Assembly: GCF_035084215.1 (NCBI RefSeq)
Contig: NC_090328.1
Coordinates: 74,958,001-75,022,000 of the forward strand
DNA length: 64,000 nucleotides
Origin: Heptranchias perlo
Taxonomy: Eukaryota
Direction of reading: 5' to 3'
Shown here: positions 51,790 through 64,000 of the stretch, piece after piece
Layout: the number at the start of each line of letters is the position of its first letter
Position numbering within the stretch: position 1 is the stretch's first letter
Position numbers and translations under genes: made by a program
The notes under the pieces: model-generated
Told to the model about the DNA's origin: nothing
The model's input: only the letters and a program-made list of their open reading frames with translations
Database searches by the model: none

Positions 51790-52933
51790 CTGCATTGGTC
51801 ACAAAGGCGTTCGTGGTTGTTGGCATTGGGCAAGGGCATTCAGTGAAGTTCAGGTATTGGTGCCCATTTGGCATTTGAGCACATTATGGGCATAGCCAAC
51901 CAGGGTATTCAGATGGGCGTTCAAGGGACAGATGGGTCAACGTCATGATGGGCAACGCAGGGAACATGTCGATCCAGTACAAGGGCAACGGAGATAAATG
52001 GCCAAAAAAACAAGGAGAGGGAAGAGGGGGGAAAAGGAGTAAATTTTAATTGAATGATATTATAAAATCTATTCTCATCACTCTATATATCCTCTGTACA
52101 GACTTCTGAAGACACTATACAACAATGGAGGCACTTCATAACTGCATTTTTAGAAAAAACAGTAGTTAATTTAAACTATTTCTCCTTATAACAAGGGAAA
52201 TAACATCAAATAATCATACTTCTAAATGAAACTATTAACATTAAACCTAAAGTGCTATAGGGCATCTATTTATGCTGGCTAATATAAAAATTAACAATTC
52301 TGTTCAGCTTTCTCAAAACATTGCCTCCCATCATCTTCTATGGAAACATTGTTAACACTGTTCTATACCCAATTTCATATCAAGCATTCTTCTTTACATA
52401 AAGCAGTCTTTGTCCTTCACGTACATCTGTATAGCTGTTGAAGTAAGAACAGATGGACATTCTTAAAAAAAATTTAAGTTCTGACTCTGGGATTCTCTGG
52501 GTTGCACCAGCCACCTGCAATGTTTCTCCATTTTATATCTTAGTTCACAAAAAATAGGAAATGCTGCAATTAAGGATTGTTACACAATTATGGACACCTT
52601 ACAAAGACACTCAACCATGATAAATTTAAAACGGAATCCTAGTTTTTAAAAAAGTGTTTAATGACGTTTCCTCAGATCCAGCCCAGTCATAAATTGTAGA
52701 GAAAATTATATGGTTTACACTCAATATTACAAATGGCTTTCATAGTCCTCCCAGAACAGCATAATTAACTCATTTTAAAATATGTCCATAGTTTCACTGA
52801 CTATCTAGCAATACATTCATAACTTAACTGGAATTTTGTAGACTTTTAGTCAACACGTGGCAATTTACAACTTATTGGACATAAAGTGCTAGATCTAAAT
52901 AAATTTTAACCTACGCTATAGATGTATACTCAC

Positions 52934-52990
52934 GTCTGTACGCAATGACTTGATATTTTTGCCACCTTTTCCAATCACTGCTCCAGCATT
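52934..52990 (-). CDS. HNRNPK: HNRNPK KH1 GxxG exon
   Basis: 57 bp; NAGAVIGKGGKNIKSLRTD. Confidence 0.94.
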
Positions 52991-53183
52991 CTTAAAAACA
53001 AAAGTCATAAAAAGGTCAAAATCTCAACTACCATCACCAAATCTTAATCATCAATTTTCTACAGCAAAATTTTCATAGATTCTTCAAAATATATTGAGTA
53101 TATAAACCCATTTAAGCCTGCCATAGTGCAGGTTCATAGTTTGCCAGTCACCCATTACTTGAAACTAGAAAGAGCAATCTCAC

Positions 53184-53281
53184 CTTACTCTGCAACAGAA
53201 GCCGAAGTTCCACACACTGGTCATTATTCCGAGACCTCTTAAAGGCTTGTTCTCCATCATGGTCCTCAGCAGGACGTTTGC
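53184..53281 (-). CDS. HNRNPK: HNRNPK NLS exon
   Basis: 98 bp; [32 protein letters not shown]. Confidence 0.94.
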
Positions 53282-53999
53282 CTGAAAGTTTTGCGTTTTT
53301 TTTTAAAAATATCAAGCTTCATATAAATGTTTTTGGCACACTAAGTCTAGCTTCAGAATAATCTCCCTAGAGTGAATACTCGCAATGTTAATACATTTAG
53401 CAACAGTTGCCAATTCAGTTTTTCATTCTCACCCTCGTTGGAACAATCTGGTAACATTTAGCTTAAAAAAAGTACCTCTAGGTCAAGATGATCCACAATA
53501 ACTATTCATGCAATTCACCCCTCAAGTTTCTTCCTCTTCACCCTTCCCCACTTACCTTCTGTGCATCAAAAAAATGTTCAATAATCCAACCTGGAGAATG
53601 TACTTGCAACAGGTAATTTTTCTCAGACCTCATTCTTATGAGTGATTAAAATATTTGTTATCAATTCCTCACTGGAAACTTTTTGTTCAAAGTTGCTTAA
53701 TTAAGTTATTCTGGTAAGTTTTTTTTAAAAAGCACTAAATTTCCACTGTCATTTACATTTAATTCTAATTATTGATATTTCAGATTTTAGTACAAGAGTA
53801 GAAAATGCTGAAAACTGGTTAATCAGCAACAATGGAGAACAAAAGAGATAACATTTCAGATGTGGACCCTTCTGCAGTACACACTAGCTATTAAATGGTC
53901 TGTTCTCTTCATGGGTGCTGATGGACCTAGATTTGCAGTATTTTGCTTCTTAAAAACGACTTTATATCCAACTTGAACATCTCACTTACACATGTACAT

Positions 54000-54900
54000 C
54001 TCTCCTTTAATATTTAAAATGGTGCATGGGTGCTTCACGTGGGAAGAAAAAGCAATGCTGAGCCAAAGGAGATCTGACCAAAAACTTGCTAGACCTTAAG
54101 GACAAAAGGAGATAGAAGTGTCTAGGGAGAAACTCACACCCAGTGGGACCTAAGCAGCTTAGAGTTTGGGGGGGGGGGGGGGGGGGGGGGGGAGGAGAGG
54201 AAAGAGAAGGGATTGCACAAGGATCAGGCACACAGATTTTCAAACAGGGAAAGTAGGTGGTCACAGATTGGCATGACCAGAAGCCAATGTAGGTCTGCAA
54301 GCAGGATCTGGTGCAGGGCAAGCAGAGTTTTGGATGAGCTGAAATTTATAGAGCAAGGGAGGCCAGCACTGGAGTAAGTCTGGAGTTTAAAGACATGTAC
54401 GAGTGTTTCATTGACAAATGGGCTGAGGTAGGAGATGTGAGATGGTAGCAGGTCTATGACCACATGCCTGTGGACAATGTTTTCAAGGTGTAGTATGTAG
54501 ATGAAGAGGGGGACTAAGGATGATTCTTGGATTCTGAAGATGATGGTACAGAGATGGAAAAAGATGTGCTGTCTACAATTGGTAGGCAAGAGTGGAATCA
54601 AGCAAAAGGAAATCCCATGGAATGAGGGGGAGATGTTGGAGGACAACAACATGGCCAACCAGTTGCCTACATCTTTATTTAGGGCTATTTTGGTGCTGTA
54701 GGAGCAGCAACCTTTTTGGAAGATGCAATGGGAGTTGCAGTACAGCTGGCTATGGATCTGGGAGATGCGCACACATTCAAAGACCTTGGAAGAGGAGATT
54801 GGAGATATGGTGGGGTAGTTAGCGATGGGATGGAGAAGCCAATTCATCAAATTGGAATGGGGCAGATGAAGAAATAACCATTAGTGATTGTAATGTGGGA
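54000..54900 (-). mobile_element. Old L2 fragment with a G25 run (54168-54192)
   Basis: Degenerate similarity to the L2 at 37060-38597. Confidence 0.55.
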
Positions 54901-55282
54901 AATACTTGTTACCAATGCTCTGGTCTCTACCATTACAAGGGTTGCACTACCCAATTTTCTCTCCTTATACACTGAGCATGGAGGCGATATTCCCAGCCAT
55001 CGTTGACAAACCAATAAGGTTTTCGTTTAAGACTGCTCTGTAAAACAACACTGATTATGAAGGAAAATGTACACATTTCATCAATCCATTAAAAAATCCT
55101 GTGAGATCAAATAGTTAGTAACATTAAAATATCTAAGCAAACAAAACATTGAGGGCTGCTAGAAAACTGTAGCAATATTCTTGTGCTGGTTTTCAAACAG
55201 CCCTTAAATAAACAGTTATTTATCACAATATAAAAAATTCAAGAAAAGCAAAACATACAAGAACCAGGGCTAAGACTACTAC

Positions 55283-55331
55283 CGTTGGTCTCTGGGCTGT
55301 TATACTTGATGTCTTGCTGATCAGTCTCCAT
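55283..55331 (-). CDS. HNRNPK: HNRNPK first coding exon (exon 55283-55382)
   Basis: ATG 55331; METDQQDIKYNSPETNG; cttacag acceptor, G|GTAGT donor. Confidence 0.88.
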
Positions 55332-57275
55332 TTTAAGTGTCAAGAGCTGCGAAGTATATGCAAAACTTGTTATGCAGCTAGTCTGTAAGACAAAATTTTT
55401 TGTTCAAATTATTAAATGAAACCACTCATTTGCTGTATAATCCCAGTGACTCAAACCTCCACTAATTACAAAGGGCACAGTGAACTTTGTGGCCTTGATA
55501 CAGCCACTCAAATACTTGACTGGAGTTTTAAACAGCTTATTCCAAATAATTCAAACCACCTTTCTGCTAAAACAAGACATTATTCAATAATTTAAACAAA
55601 GCAATACAAGTGACAAATTACTGCTAAAAATTTGAATTCAGATAATTCACATTAAGCAGCTTTGAACTACAAGCCTCCGCTTGTAATAGAAAACTGGTCC
55701 AAAGCCCATGTGAAAATTTTAGCCCCATCAGTTCAATCCACCCAAATTATGATCCAGTGATCAATGAACCGTATTACCACGTAGCAGTAGTCATCTCGGT
55801 TAACTATTCAGCATCTTTGAAGAAATAACATTTCAGCCATTTAACTCAATACACTTGGAATGCTTAAAAAATTTAAATCAAGAGCAACCATTTAAAAGTT
55901 GAATAATTCATATTCTTTAGCAGTAAGTTCCCACTTTACTCTCATTTTTGCTTAATTCAAGTTATTGAATAATTGGTGCAAATTAACTTATCAGGAAACA
56001 CGCGCATCGAAGGTTAAATTAAGTCCAGACTAACTAGATGAAACTTTCTGGAAAAGTGCAAAATGTAATTCTCCCACAACAAAGTCACTAATTTGCATTA
56101 AAATTATATATTTTTTTCCTCAGAGGAACCACAAGATGGCAATGTCACACTGGTACAAAAGAGGGCACTCTACCAACAGTCACAAAAGTATTTTCCTACT
56201 CTAAATAATTATGTAATTGTTCCAATAAACTACACTATGGAGAAAGCCCCTCTGGTTTGAGCATGTAAACTACTGAACCCCAGAATCAAAAATGGTAATA
56301 CTTTGCATTTGTCCACTACAGCCTTGCAGAAAAATGGACTGTTTACAATTAAAAATCTACAGAAAACAAATCTCAAACCCCCAATTACACTATTCATTTA
56401 TCTGTGGGCCATAAAAGGTGGGACAGATCCTATATAAGCCCTCAACATCAAGCAGCACCAAAACCCTGAATGATATCTTAAATCAGCCCCATCATTTGCC
56501 AGTGATCTAGAAATTGATTGCCACAAACTATCAGCCGCATCTTAACCTGTATTCAGCGATCGTGTCTGTATCGTTGTACTAGCCTACATTTACAGAGCAG
56601 TACTTATTAGCACAAAGTGCGCAATCATATAAATCTAATTGAATTGCTAAAATGGCTAGTAGGGAAATCTGCTAGTTTTACACTTAGAAAAGCAATGATG
56701 GATTATTAACCCTTTTGCTTTGGATGCTTTCCTCCCCCACCCCAAAACCAGGAGGGGCAGGTCACCACTTGGGTTAGAAAGATTTCACCAGAAGTGTCTC
56801 ACTTGAAAGCCATTGGACCCTACCCCTTTTTGACAGCTTCTCATTTTAATTGATAGAGGCTGCCCTACCTATGTCACCAATGATGTCTTTTACTGCTTTT
56901 TCCATTGAAATTATTTTTACATTAAGCAGGTCATTCCATTGATACTTCCCCTTGTTTTCCTCCCTTACCTTTGTTCTGATTCTATTAAAATGTTGGTCAA
57001 TTATCAATGGCGATACATCTAGCGTGTGTTTCCATAGGATGAATGGCCCCAGATTTTGGAGTTTAGTCTAAAATTTACTGTACATGATGCCATTTAAGGC
57101 ATATCTAAAACTATGAGCCCCAAGACCACACAGTCTGGAATTCCTTACCTAACCCCCGTTTGCCTCGCCACGGCCTTTTAAGGCCTTCTTTAAAATACAC
57201 ACAATCTCTTCCTTTGGCTTGGCGTCCATTTTGCCTCAAAGGGATTGGGACGGTAACGATGCTATTATAAACATA

Positions 57276-57383
57276 ATGTGGAGATGCCGGTGATGGACTG
57301 GGGTTGACAATTGTAAACAATTTTACAATTGTTGTAAAATTGTAAAATTTTTATGTAAAATTGGTGTTGTAAAATTGTTTACA
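57276..57383. mobile_element. Short fold-back insertion with 12-bp TSD (possibly a Penelope-like terminus)
   Basis: ATTATAAACATA at 57264-57275 and 57384-57395; internal inverted repeat. Confidence 0.65.
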
Positions 57384-57579
57384 ATTATAAACATAGAGGG
57401 GGCTCAATAAAAAAAGAGCTTTCAGCCAACACTGGGTGTCATAGCAACTCACTCAGAACTCCGCTATTTGGAAAATGGGCACCTTAAAGTTCTAATTCAG
57501 CCGTTCCAAAATATCAGATCTACTGACCCCAATCGGGTATTAACGGGCAACAGGAGGCTTAAGTGTAAGTTTAAACCCC

Positions 57580-59230
57580 TCTAAATATGAAGGAACACGT
57601 GCGCGAAACAAAACCCCGAAAGGCGCGTGTGGGATTAAATCCGGCCACTCGAGCGCCACCATGAAGCAAGCAGAGCGAGTGTACCTCAGAACCTGCAATA
57701 CACAAGTATCGTAATTATTAAACAGCACGACGGGAAATTATTGGTCCTATCCAAACAGTCGTTTCTACTAACACGAGGATGCCGCCAAGTCGGTAACGAG
57801 CAAATGCCGCGGGGATTACCGACGCCATTTCAAGCACTGTTCCGGAGGAAGGGAGGAACCAGGCGAATTCCAGCTAATTATACTGAAAATTATATGCGCT
57901 ACCCCACTCTCGTCGTCTGAAACGCACTCTCTTAAAATGGCCGATACTATGATACAGCGAAATGTGCCGAGCGGAGGATTATTTCCGCCCCGAGCTCGTT
58001 GCGCTTCGGCTAGAGCCGCGGTCACGTGACCGCCGCCTCCTCGTTTTTGAACAAGGGATGAAAATTGAAGCGGTTCCAGAATCCACGATTCATTCGGAAA
58101 ACAACCGTCACTAAAATGGCGGCGCGGTTCACACGCCGAGAGTCACAATCGGTTGACTCTTCCTTTCCATCGAGTGGCGGACAGGAGATGGTCGCTGCCG
58201 CCATTTATCCCGTGACTCGACAAAGAGGAACAGCCTTCAAACGACGACGACAACAGCAGCACTTTAGGCCAAGGCCGCAAGTCACCCGACACGCACTAGG
58301 CCCGCATTCCTGAGGAGCTCTATTGTGTTGAGCGGGGGGGGGGGGGGGGGTTAATTCGCGGTCGAAGACAAGGGGAAAAAAACTTGAATTTTCTCGATCT
58401 TACGGTGTTCCAAGGTATCCGAGAAAACAACGAGAAGAGATCGGTCAAAAAAAATGTCTTCCACATCCGCCCCCAACTTCCACACCATCGACGAAACGCG
58501 CGCCTTTCAATAACGCTTCGCAAATTTAAAAATAAAATCTAATATTTCTTCCTCTCTATGAGCACCATTTTTTAAAAAAAAGCACAAATAATTCGAGCAC
58601 AATATACCGATAGGACTCACCACTTACCAAAGCTAACGGCTGCGATGAAGACCTGAGCTCAGCTTTAATCACAAGCGAAGCAAAATGGATCGCTCTGGTG
58701 TGGCGGCGAGAGTTTTACCCACAAGCGCCAGCGCGCGCATTCACCGCCCAACTTCCCGCGCCGATTGGTCCAGATGCTCGTCTTTCCCTAAACGGATGAC
58801 GTAATCCGAGACATGTCTCGTTCCCATTCGTCAATGTGCACATCAATCAAAGTACGTCACAGAGCCCGCACCGTCGTCGGTATAAAATACCAAAATTATT
58901 ATATAAAGTATATATAATTACTTCCTTCTGACATTCTTTGCGTGATTACTTTTTAAAACCTCTTATTACCATGGTGACATTAAGAAATATCATGCACTGT
59001 TATTTTTTTTTTCATTTTTTTTTGGTGTGAAGAACAAACCATAAAACAACGAAGAAGCGGAGAATTGTGAGATATCGCGATACTCGGGCCGCGCGGTGTG
59101 GTTGGCGCGCGAACTTCTCGCGTTCTGGAAAAATGCAGTTTGTGCAAGTGGAGGAAGAAGCGGCAGTCGGGGGGGACGGGAGTCGTGTAACGTGCGTTTA
59201 CTTTACTCATACCCGCCACATTGGTGGGAA
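57580..59230. promoter_or_regulatory. CpG island; bidirectional HNRNPK/RMI1 promoter and intron 1 regulatory region
   Basis: Inverted CCAAT about 58763, CRE-like ATGACGTAA about 58796 and ACGTCAC about 58854, E2F-like TTGGCGCGCGAA about 59102, E-box GTCACGTGAC 58021. Confidence 0.8.
58628..58710 (-). other. HNRNPK: HNRNPK non-coding exon 1
   Basis: Tandem donors TTG|GTAAGT (58628) and GTG|GTGAGT (58621) within a CpG island; CCATTTT YY1 motif; TSS approximate. Confidence 0.65.
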
Positions 59231-59732
59231 TCTTAGTATGTGGTTAGTATTGGTCGTTAAAGCAGGATAGAAAAATATTGCGCGAATGTGGTTTTGGTCC
59301 AGTGAAGCTTTTCTCTCTGGGCCTTTAATAAATGGATTATGATTTCTTCATTCTGAGTTGCAGTACGTTGCATCGCGATCTGGGTTTAAATACTTTCCCC
59401 CTGAAAATTATGGTGGTGTGCTCTAAACATACAACATGGATGCAATGTATTCTACAGCCATCAGCTACTACCACATTTTCTTCAAAGTGCATTTTATTAT
59501 TGGCTTCTATTTGAAACTAGCTTTTATGCATTTCATGAAATGGAAACATGCTCAAAGCTCAGTTGTCCATATCCTGTCTCCATGTTAAACATTACTGGAA
59601 CATTACAAATGCTGTTCAGTAGTTCAGGCAGTATCTGTGGAGAGAGAAATAGAGTTCACATTTCAGATCGATGACCTTTCATCAGAACCCTCGACCTAAA
59701 ACGTTAACTCTTGTTTCTCTCTTCACAGATGC

Positions 59733-59916
59733 CTTTTCTTCAATTAACGATAAGATACACTGGGTTGCCCCGGTGTCATGAAGCAAAAAACCTAACCAAG
59801 GTGACCCCTTTTTAGAGGCACGCAACTAATAGAAAACTAAATCGTTAAAAAAAGACTTATCAAATTAAATAATAATATTGCCACCCGTGTCCAATATGTC
59901 CTCCAATCGACGCGGA
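59733..59916 (-). mobile_element. Tx1/L1-like 3' end inserted in a short interspersed repeat (about 59610-60010)
   Basis: Flanking cacagatg duplication, A-rich tail, ORF end ...ILDTGGNIII*. Confidence 0.5.
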
Positions 59917-60512
59917 ATCCACAGATGTTGTCTGAGCTGCTGAGTGTTTCCAGCATTTTCTGTTTTTATTTCAGATTCCCAGCGTCCGCAGTATTTTGCT
60001 TTCGTTCCTTCTTGTATCAGTACATTTTATAATGTTTGCTAATACTATATTACAGTAAGATCTGTGTTGTGAAAAGATATATAAGTAATATAATACTCCA
60101 TATGAAACGATTAATCGACTTTTTAAAAAAAAAACGTACACTGGTCCTGTACTTTTGAAAGTGTTGACAGTCTGAATTTAAATGTCACTGGCCACAGCCT
60201 CAGCAATACTGGAGGTGGTATAAAACTGGAGGAAATTGCAGCATTAGGGATGGGGCAAGGTCATGGAGGGTCTTACAGTAGAAAGTAAGGATTTTGAATT
60301 GAATTTTGAATTAAATGCAGTAGGGACGGGGAGATGCCATGGGATAGAATTTCAGCTTTACCGCCTGGCATCAAGCATTGCCTGTGCAGAAAGCTGAAAG
60401 GAAAATCGTGCCAGGAGTATTGCACTTTGGTAACAGAATCTACCTGATTTTCCTTACATTGACATTCAGATGGGTTCTGTAAGAGGTGTGCAACCCCACC
60501 CGTCAGATTTTT

Positions 60513-60723
60513 TTTTGTCTTTTTAGGCCCCCCTTTTATAAGGGGGGGGGGGTTAGGGTGTGTTTTATGCACAGCAAATAAAGAAAACCAAAATGTGTAT
60601 CAAATAATTTTATTGTAAGGATCCAGGGTGCATTCTAGCCCCTGCAGTGCCCACCGGTCGCGGAAAGCCTCAAGCGTACCGGCAGACACCGTGTGCTCCT
60701 TCTCCAGGGCCACCCGGGTGTGG
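60513..60723 (-). mobile_element. Tx1-like LINE 3' end with 18-bp TSD
   Basis: cccacccgYcagattttt at 60495 and 60724; ORF end ALEKEH...GTLEAFRDRWALQG; AATAAA and A-tail. Confidence 0.7.
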
Positions 60724-61118
60724 CCCACCCGCCAGATTTTTCTTTCTGCCCAGGCGATGCTTAATGCCTAAATAGTAAATAAGAAAATCTATCCCAATAG
60801 GTTAGTAAGGACAGGAGTGATGGGAGAGTGGGACAGGATATGTTCTTATGGAGCTGTTCTTTGTATCTACCCCTCAGCCCAGTTATTAATGGGGGTATAA
60901 GGCCATGTCTGGAATCCAGTTAACAGGAATACCAGAAAAAGTGAAATGCCCTGAAAGAGTAGAGTTTTATTCAAACTGAAATGAGTAGTTTTGTTTTTTA
61001 TATATGAACTAGGCCATTAGGTGGTTCTGTAATGGTCAATCAAGACACTAGATATGTTAAAGTTGTGAATATCTCATCATTGTAAAATATTGTTTTGGTG
61101 TGAAACTGGCAAATGTTT

Positions 61119-62823
61119 ATTAAGAACATAAGAAATTGGAGCAGGAGTAGGCCAATCGGCCCCTCGAGCCTGCTCCGCCATTCAATAAGATCATGGCTGA
61201 TCTGATCCCAACCACAAATCTAAAGAACACAAGAAGTCGGAGCAGGACCCGGCCACATAGCCCCTGGGCCCTCTCCGCCACCCACAGGGCATTGACCGAT
61301 CCGAACTCAGCTTCATGTCCAATTTCCTGCCCGCTCCCCATAACCCCTAATTCCCTTTACTTCTAGGAAACTGTCTATTTCTGTTTTAAATTTATCTAAT
61401 GATGTAGCTTCCACAGCTTCCTGGGGCAGCAAATTCCACAGACCTACCACCCTCTGAGTGAAGAAGTTTCTCCTCATCTCAGTTTTGAAAGAGCAGCCCC
61501 TTATTCTAAGATTATGCCCCCTAGTTCTAATTTCACCCATCTTTGGGAACATCCTTACTGCATCCAACCGATCAAGCCCCTTCACAATCTTATATGTTTC
61601 AATAAGATCGCCTCTCATTCTTCTGAACTCCAATGAGTAGAGTCCCAATCTACTCAACCTCTCCTCATATGTCCGCCCCCTCATCCCCGGGATTAACCGA
61701 GTGAACCTTCTTTGTACTGCCTCGAGAGCAAGTATGTCTTTTCTTAAGTATGGAGACCAAAACTGTATGCAGTATTCCAGGTGCGGTCTCACCAATACCT
61801 TATATAACTGCAGCAATACCTCCTTGTTTTTATATTCTATCCCCCTAGCAATAAAAGCCAACATTCCGTTGGCTTTCTTGATCACCTGCTGCACCTGCAT
61901 ACCAACTTTTTGATTTTCTTGCACTAGGACCCCCAGATCCCTTTGTACTGCAGTACTTTCCAGTCTCTCGCCATTAAGAAAATAACTTGCTCTCTGATTT
62001 TTCCTGCCAAAGTGCATAACCTCACATTTTCCAATATTATATTGCATCTGCCAAATCTCCGCCCACTCACCCAGCCTGTCTATATCCCCTTGCAGGTTTT
62101 TTATGTCCTCCTCACTCTCTACTTTCCCTCCCATCTTTGTATCATCTGCAAATTTTGATATGTTGCACTCGGTCCCCTCCTCCAAATCGTTAATATAGAT
62201 TGTAAAGAGTTGGGGACCCAGCACCGACCCCTGTGGAACACCACTGGTTACTGGTTGCCAGTCCGAAAATGAACCATTTATCCCAACTCTCTGCTTCCTG
62301 TTCGATAACCAATCCTCCACCCATGCCAGAATATTACCCCCAATCCCGTGATTTTTTATCTTAAGTAATAATCTTTTATGTGGCACCTTGTCGAATGCCT
62401 TCTGGAAGTCTAAATACACTATCTCCACTGGTTCCCCTTTATCCACCCTATACGTTATATCCTCGAAGAACTCAAGCAAATTTGTCAGACATGACTTCCC
62501 CTTCATAAAGCCATGCTGACTTTGTCCTATTAAATTATGCTTATCTAAATGTTCCGTTACTGTCTCCTTAATAATAGACTCCAAAATTTTACCCACCACA
62601 GATGTTAAGCTAACTGGCCTATAATTTCCAGCCTTCTGCCTACTACCCTTTTTAAATAACGGTGTTACATTAGCAGTTTTCCAATCTGCCGGGACCTCTC
62701 CTGAGTCCAGGGAATTTTGGAAAACTATCACCAAAGCATCCACAATCCCTACTGCCACTTCCCTCAAGACCCTAGGATGGAAGCCATCAGGTCCAGGGGA
62801 TTTATCCGCCTTGAGTCCCATTA
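61119..62823 (-). mobile_element. Young CR1 LINE, 5'-truncated, uninterrupted 502-aa RT frame
   Basis: ORF 61313-62821 carries all RT motifs; duplicated 3' tail. Confidence 0.95.
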
Positions 62824-63489
62824 TTGTAATTAATACACTGATGATTACACAACTTGTGTAGAAAATATCTGAAGATGCCTTATAGGAAAAATGGAAGAAA
62901 AGAACAAATTAAAATAACTAAAAACAATAAAGGAACAGGCACTGTGTCATGGAGGGAGAGGTGTCTGAAAACTTAGTTTAAAAAGGTAAGTTTTTAAAGG
63001 TGGAGAGGTTGCAAAGATAGTGATGTGAAACTGGAGTGATTTGAAGATGAAGCCAAGAAATTTAAATTCAATATGGTGGGAACATATGGCCAATATAGAT
63101 AAGCAAGGATGATGAAAATGAGATTTAAAAAAAAAACTTGCATTTTATAAAGCACCTTTCACGACCACAGGATGTCGCAAAGCGCTTTACAGCCAATGAA
63201 GTACTTTTGAAGTGTAGTCACTGTTGTAATGTTTAGCATGGAGACAGGATATGGACAACTGAGCTTTGAGCATGTTTCCATTTCATGCTGTCAGATCAAT
63301 TTTATTTGAAGTTATGCGGCTCTGCAGGCAACTATGAGCATTGGCGTTACAAAGCATGCTAGAAATACTTATGAATAGGGCATTAAAGTACAGCAATTAA
63401 TAGTAAAAACAATGCAAATGTCTTGTTTTGTGATTCTTTAGGTTTCATTATGAAGCTTAAGACCATTACATGAAATTTAGAAAATTAAA

Positions 63490-64000
63490 ATGATTTCTAC
63501 AAGAGTAGAAACTTGGCTGGACGCAACATGGCACCTCAAAGTACCTTCACATTGGCTTGAAGCGTGTATAGAGTGGATTCAGCAGGAGAACCAAGGTGTT
63601 GCTTTAACACAGGCCCACATCAACAAACAAGTTTTTGAGCAGTGGCTTCTTACTGATCTCAGAGATCTGGAGTACCCAATTTTGCCAGATGGAATCTCAG
63701 AAACTCACAAGAGTGAGCTGAGTGGATTTTACTGCTTGCAGATTGATTCATTAGTTGATGTCAGTCAAGCTGCTTATAGCCAGCTGCAAAAAATCAGGGG
63801 AAAGGACACCACTAATGAACAAGTGACAGCAACACAAATATCCCAGCGGTCTTGGGAAGCAAAACCAACCCGAATGTTGATGCTGCAACTAACAGATGGA
63901 ATCCAGGAACTCCAAGGTATGGAGTACCAGCCTGTTCCTGCTCTCCATATCAGCCTTTCACCAGGCACAAAAATCTTGCTGCTGGGTAATATTGTCTGCC
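63490..64000 (+). CDS. RMI1: RMI1 (RecQ-mediated genome instability 1), partial at window end
   Basis: Acceptor at 63441; upstream in-frame TAG; [29 protein letters not shown]...[11 protein letters not shown]...[17 protein letters not shown]...PGTKI; not in the ORF track because it has no stop in the window. Confidence 0.95.
   Translation, partial: MISTRVETWLDATWHLKVPSHWLEACIEWIQQENQGVALTQAHINKQVFEQWLLTDLRDLEYPILPDGISETHKSELSGFYCLQIDSLVDVSQAAYSQLQKIRGKDTTNEQVTATQISQRSWEAKPTRMLMLQLTDGIQELQGMEYQPVPALHISLSPGTKILLLGNIVC

Overview
AT-rich, intron- and retroelement-dense vertebrate DNA. The repeat families (CR1 LINEs with TTCTATG-type tails, L2, DeuSINE-like, Tx1, Harbinger) suggest a cartilaginous fish (inference). 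It contains the syntenic block KIF27 (-, 5' part) / QNG1 = C9orf64 (+, complete, 4 coding exons, 340 aa) / HNRNPK (-, complete, 13 coding exons, 415 aa, miR-7 in the last intron) / RMI1 (+, 5' part). Two CpG islands look like bidirectional promoters. Most notable: (1) a tRNA-His(GUG) pseudogene in QNG1 intron 2 split by a 3.5-kb CR1; (2) a ~0.9-kb inverted duplicate of QNG1 intron 3/exon 4, plus an orphan 93-nt minus-strand exon that could splice to it in frame; (3) HNRNPK splicing oddities: a 277-nt AG-free zone, a GC donor on the miR-7 intron, a MITE next to miR-7, and an apparently missing KNS exon; (4) a perfect 40-bp VNTR at the KIF27/QNG1 promoter. All calls were made by eye and from recalled sequences; no searches were run.
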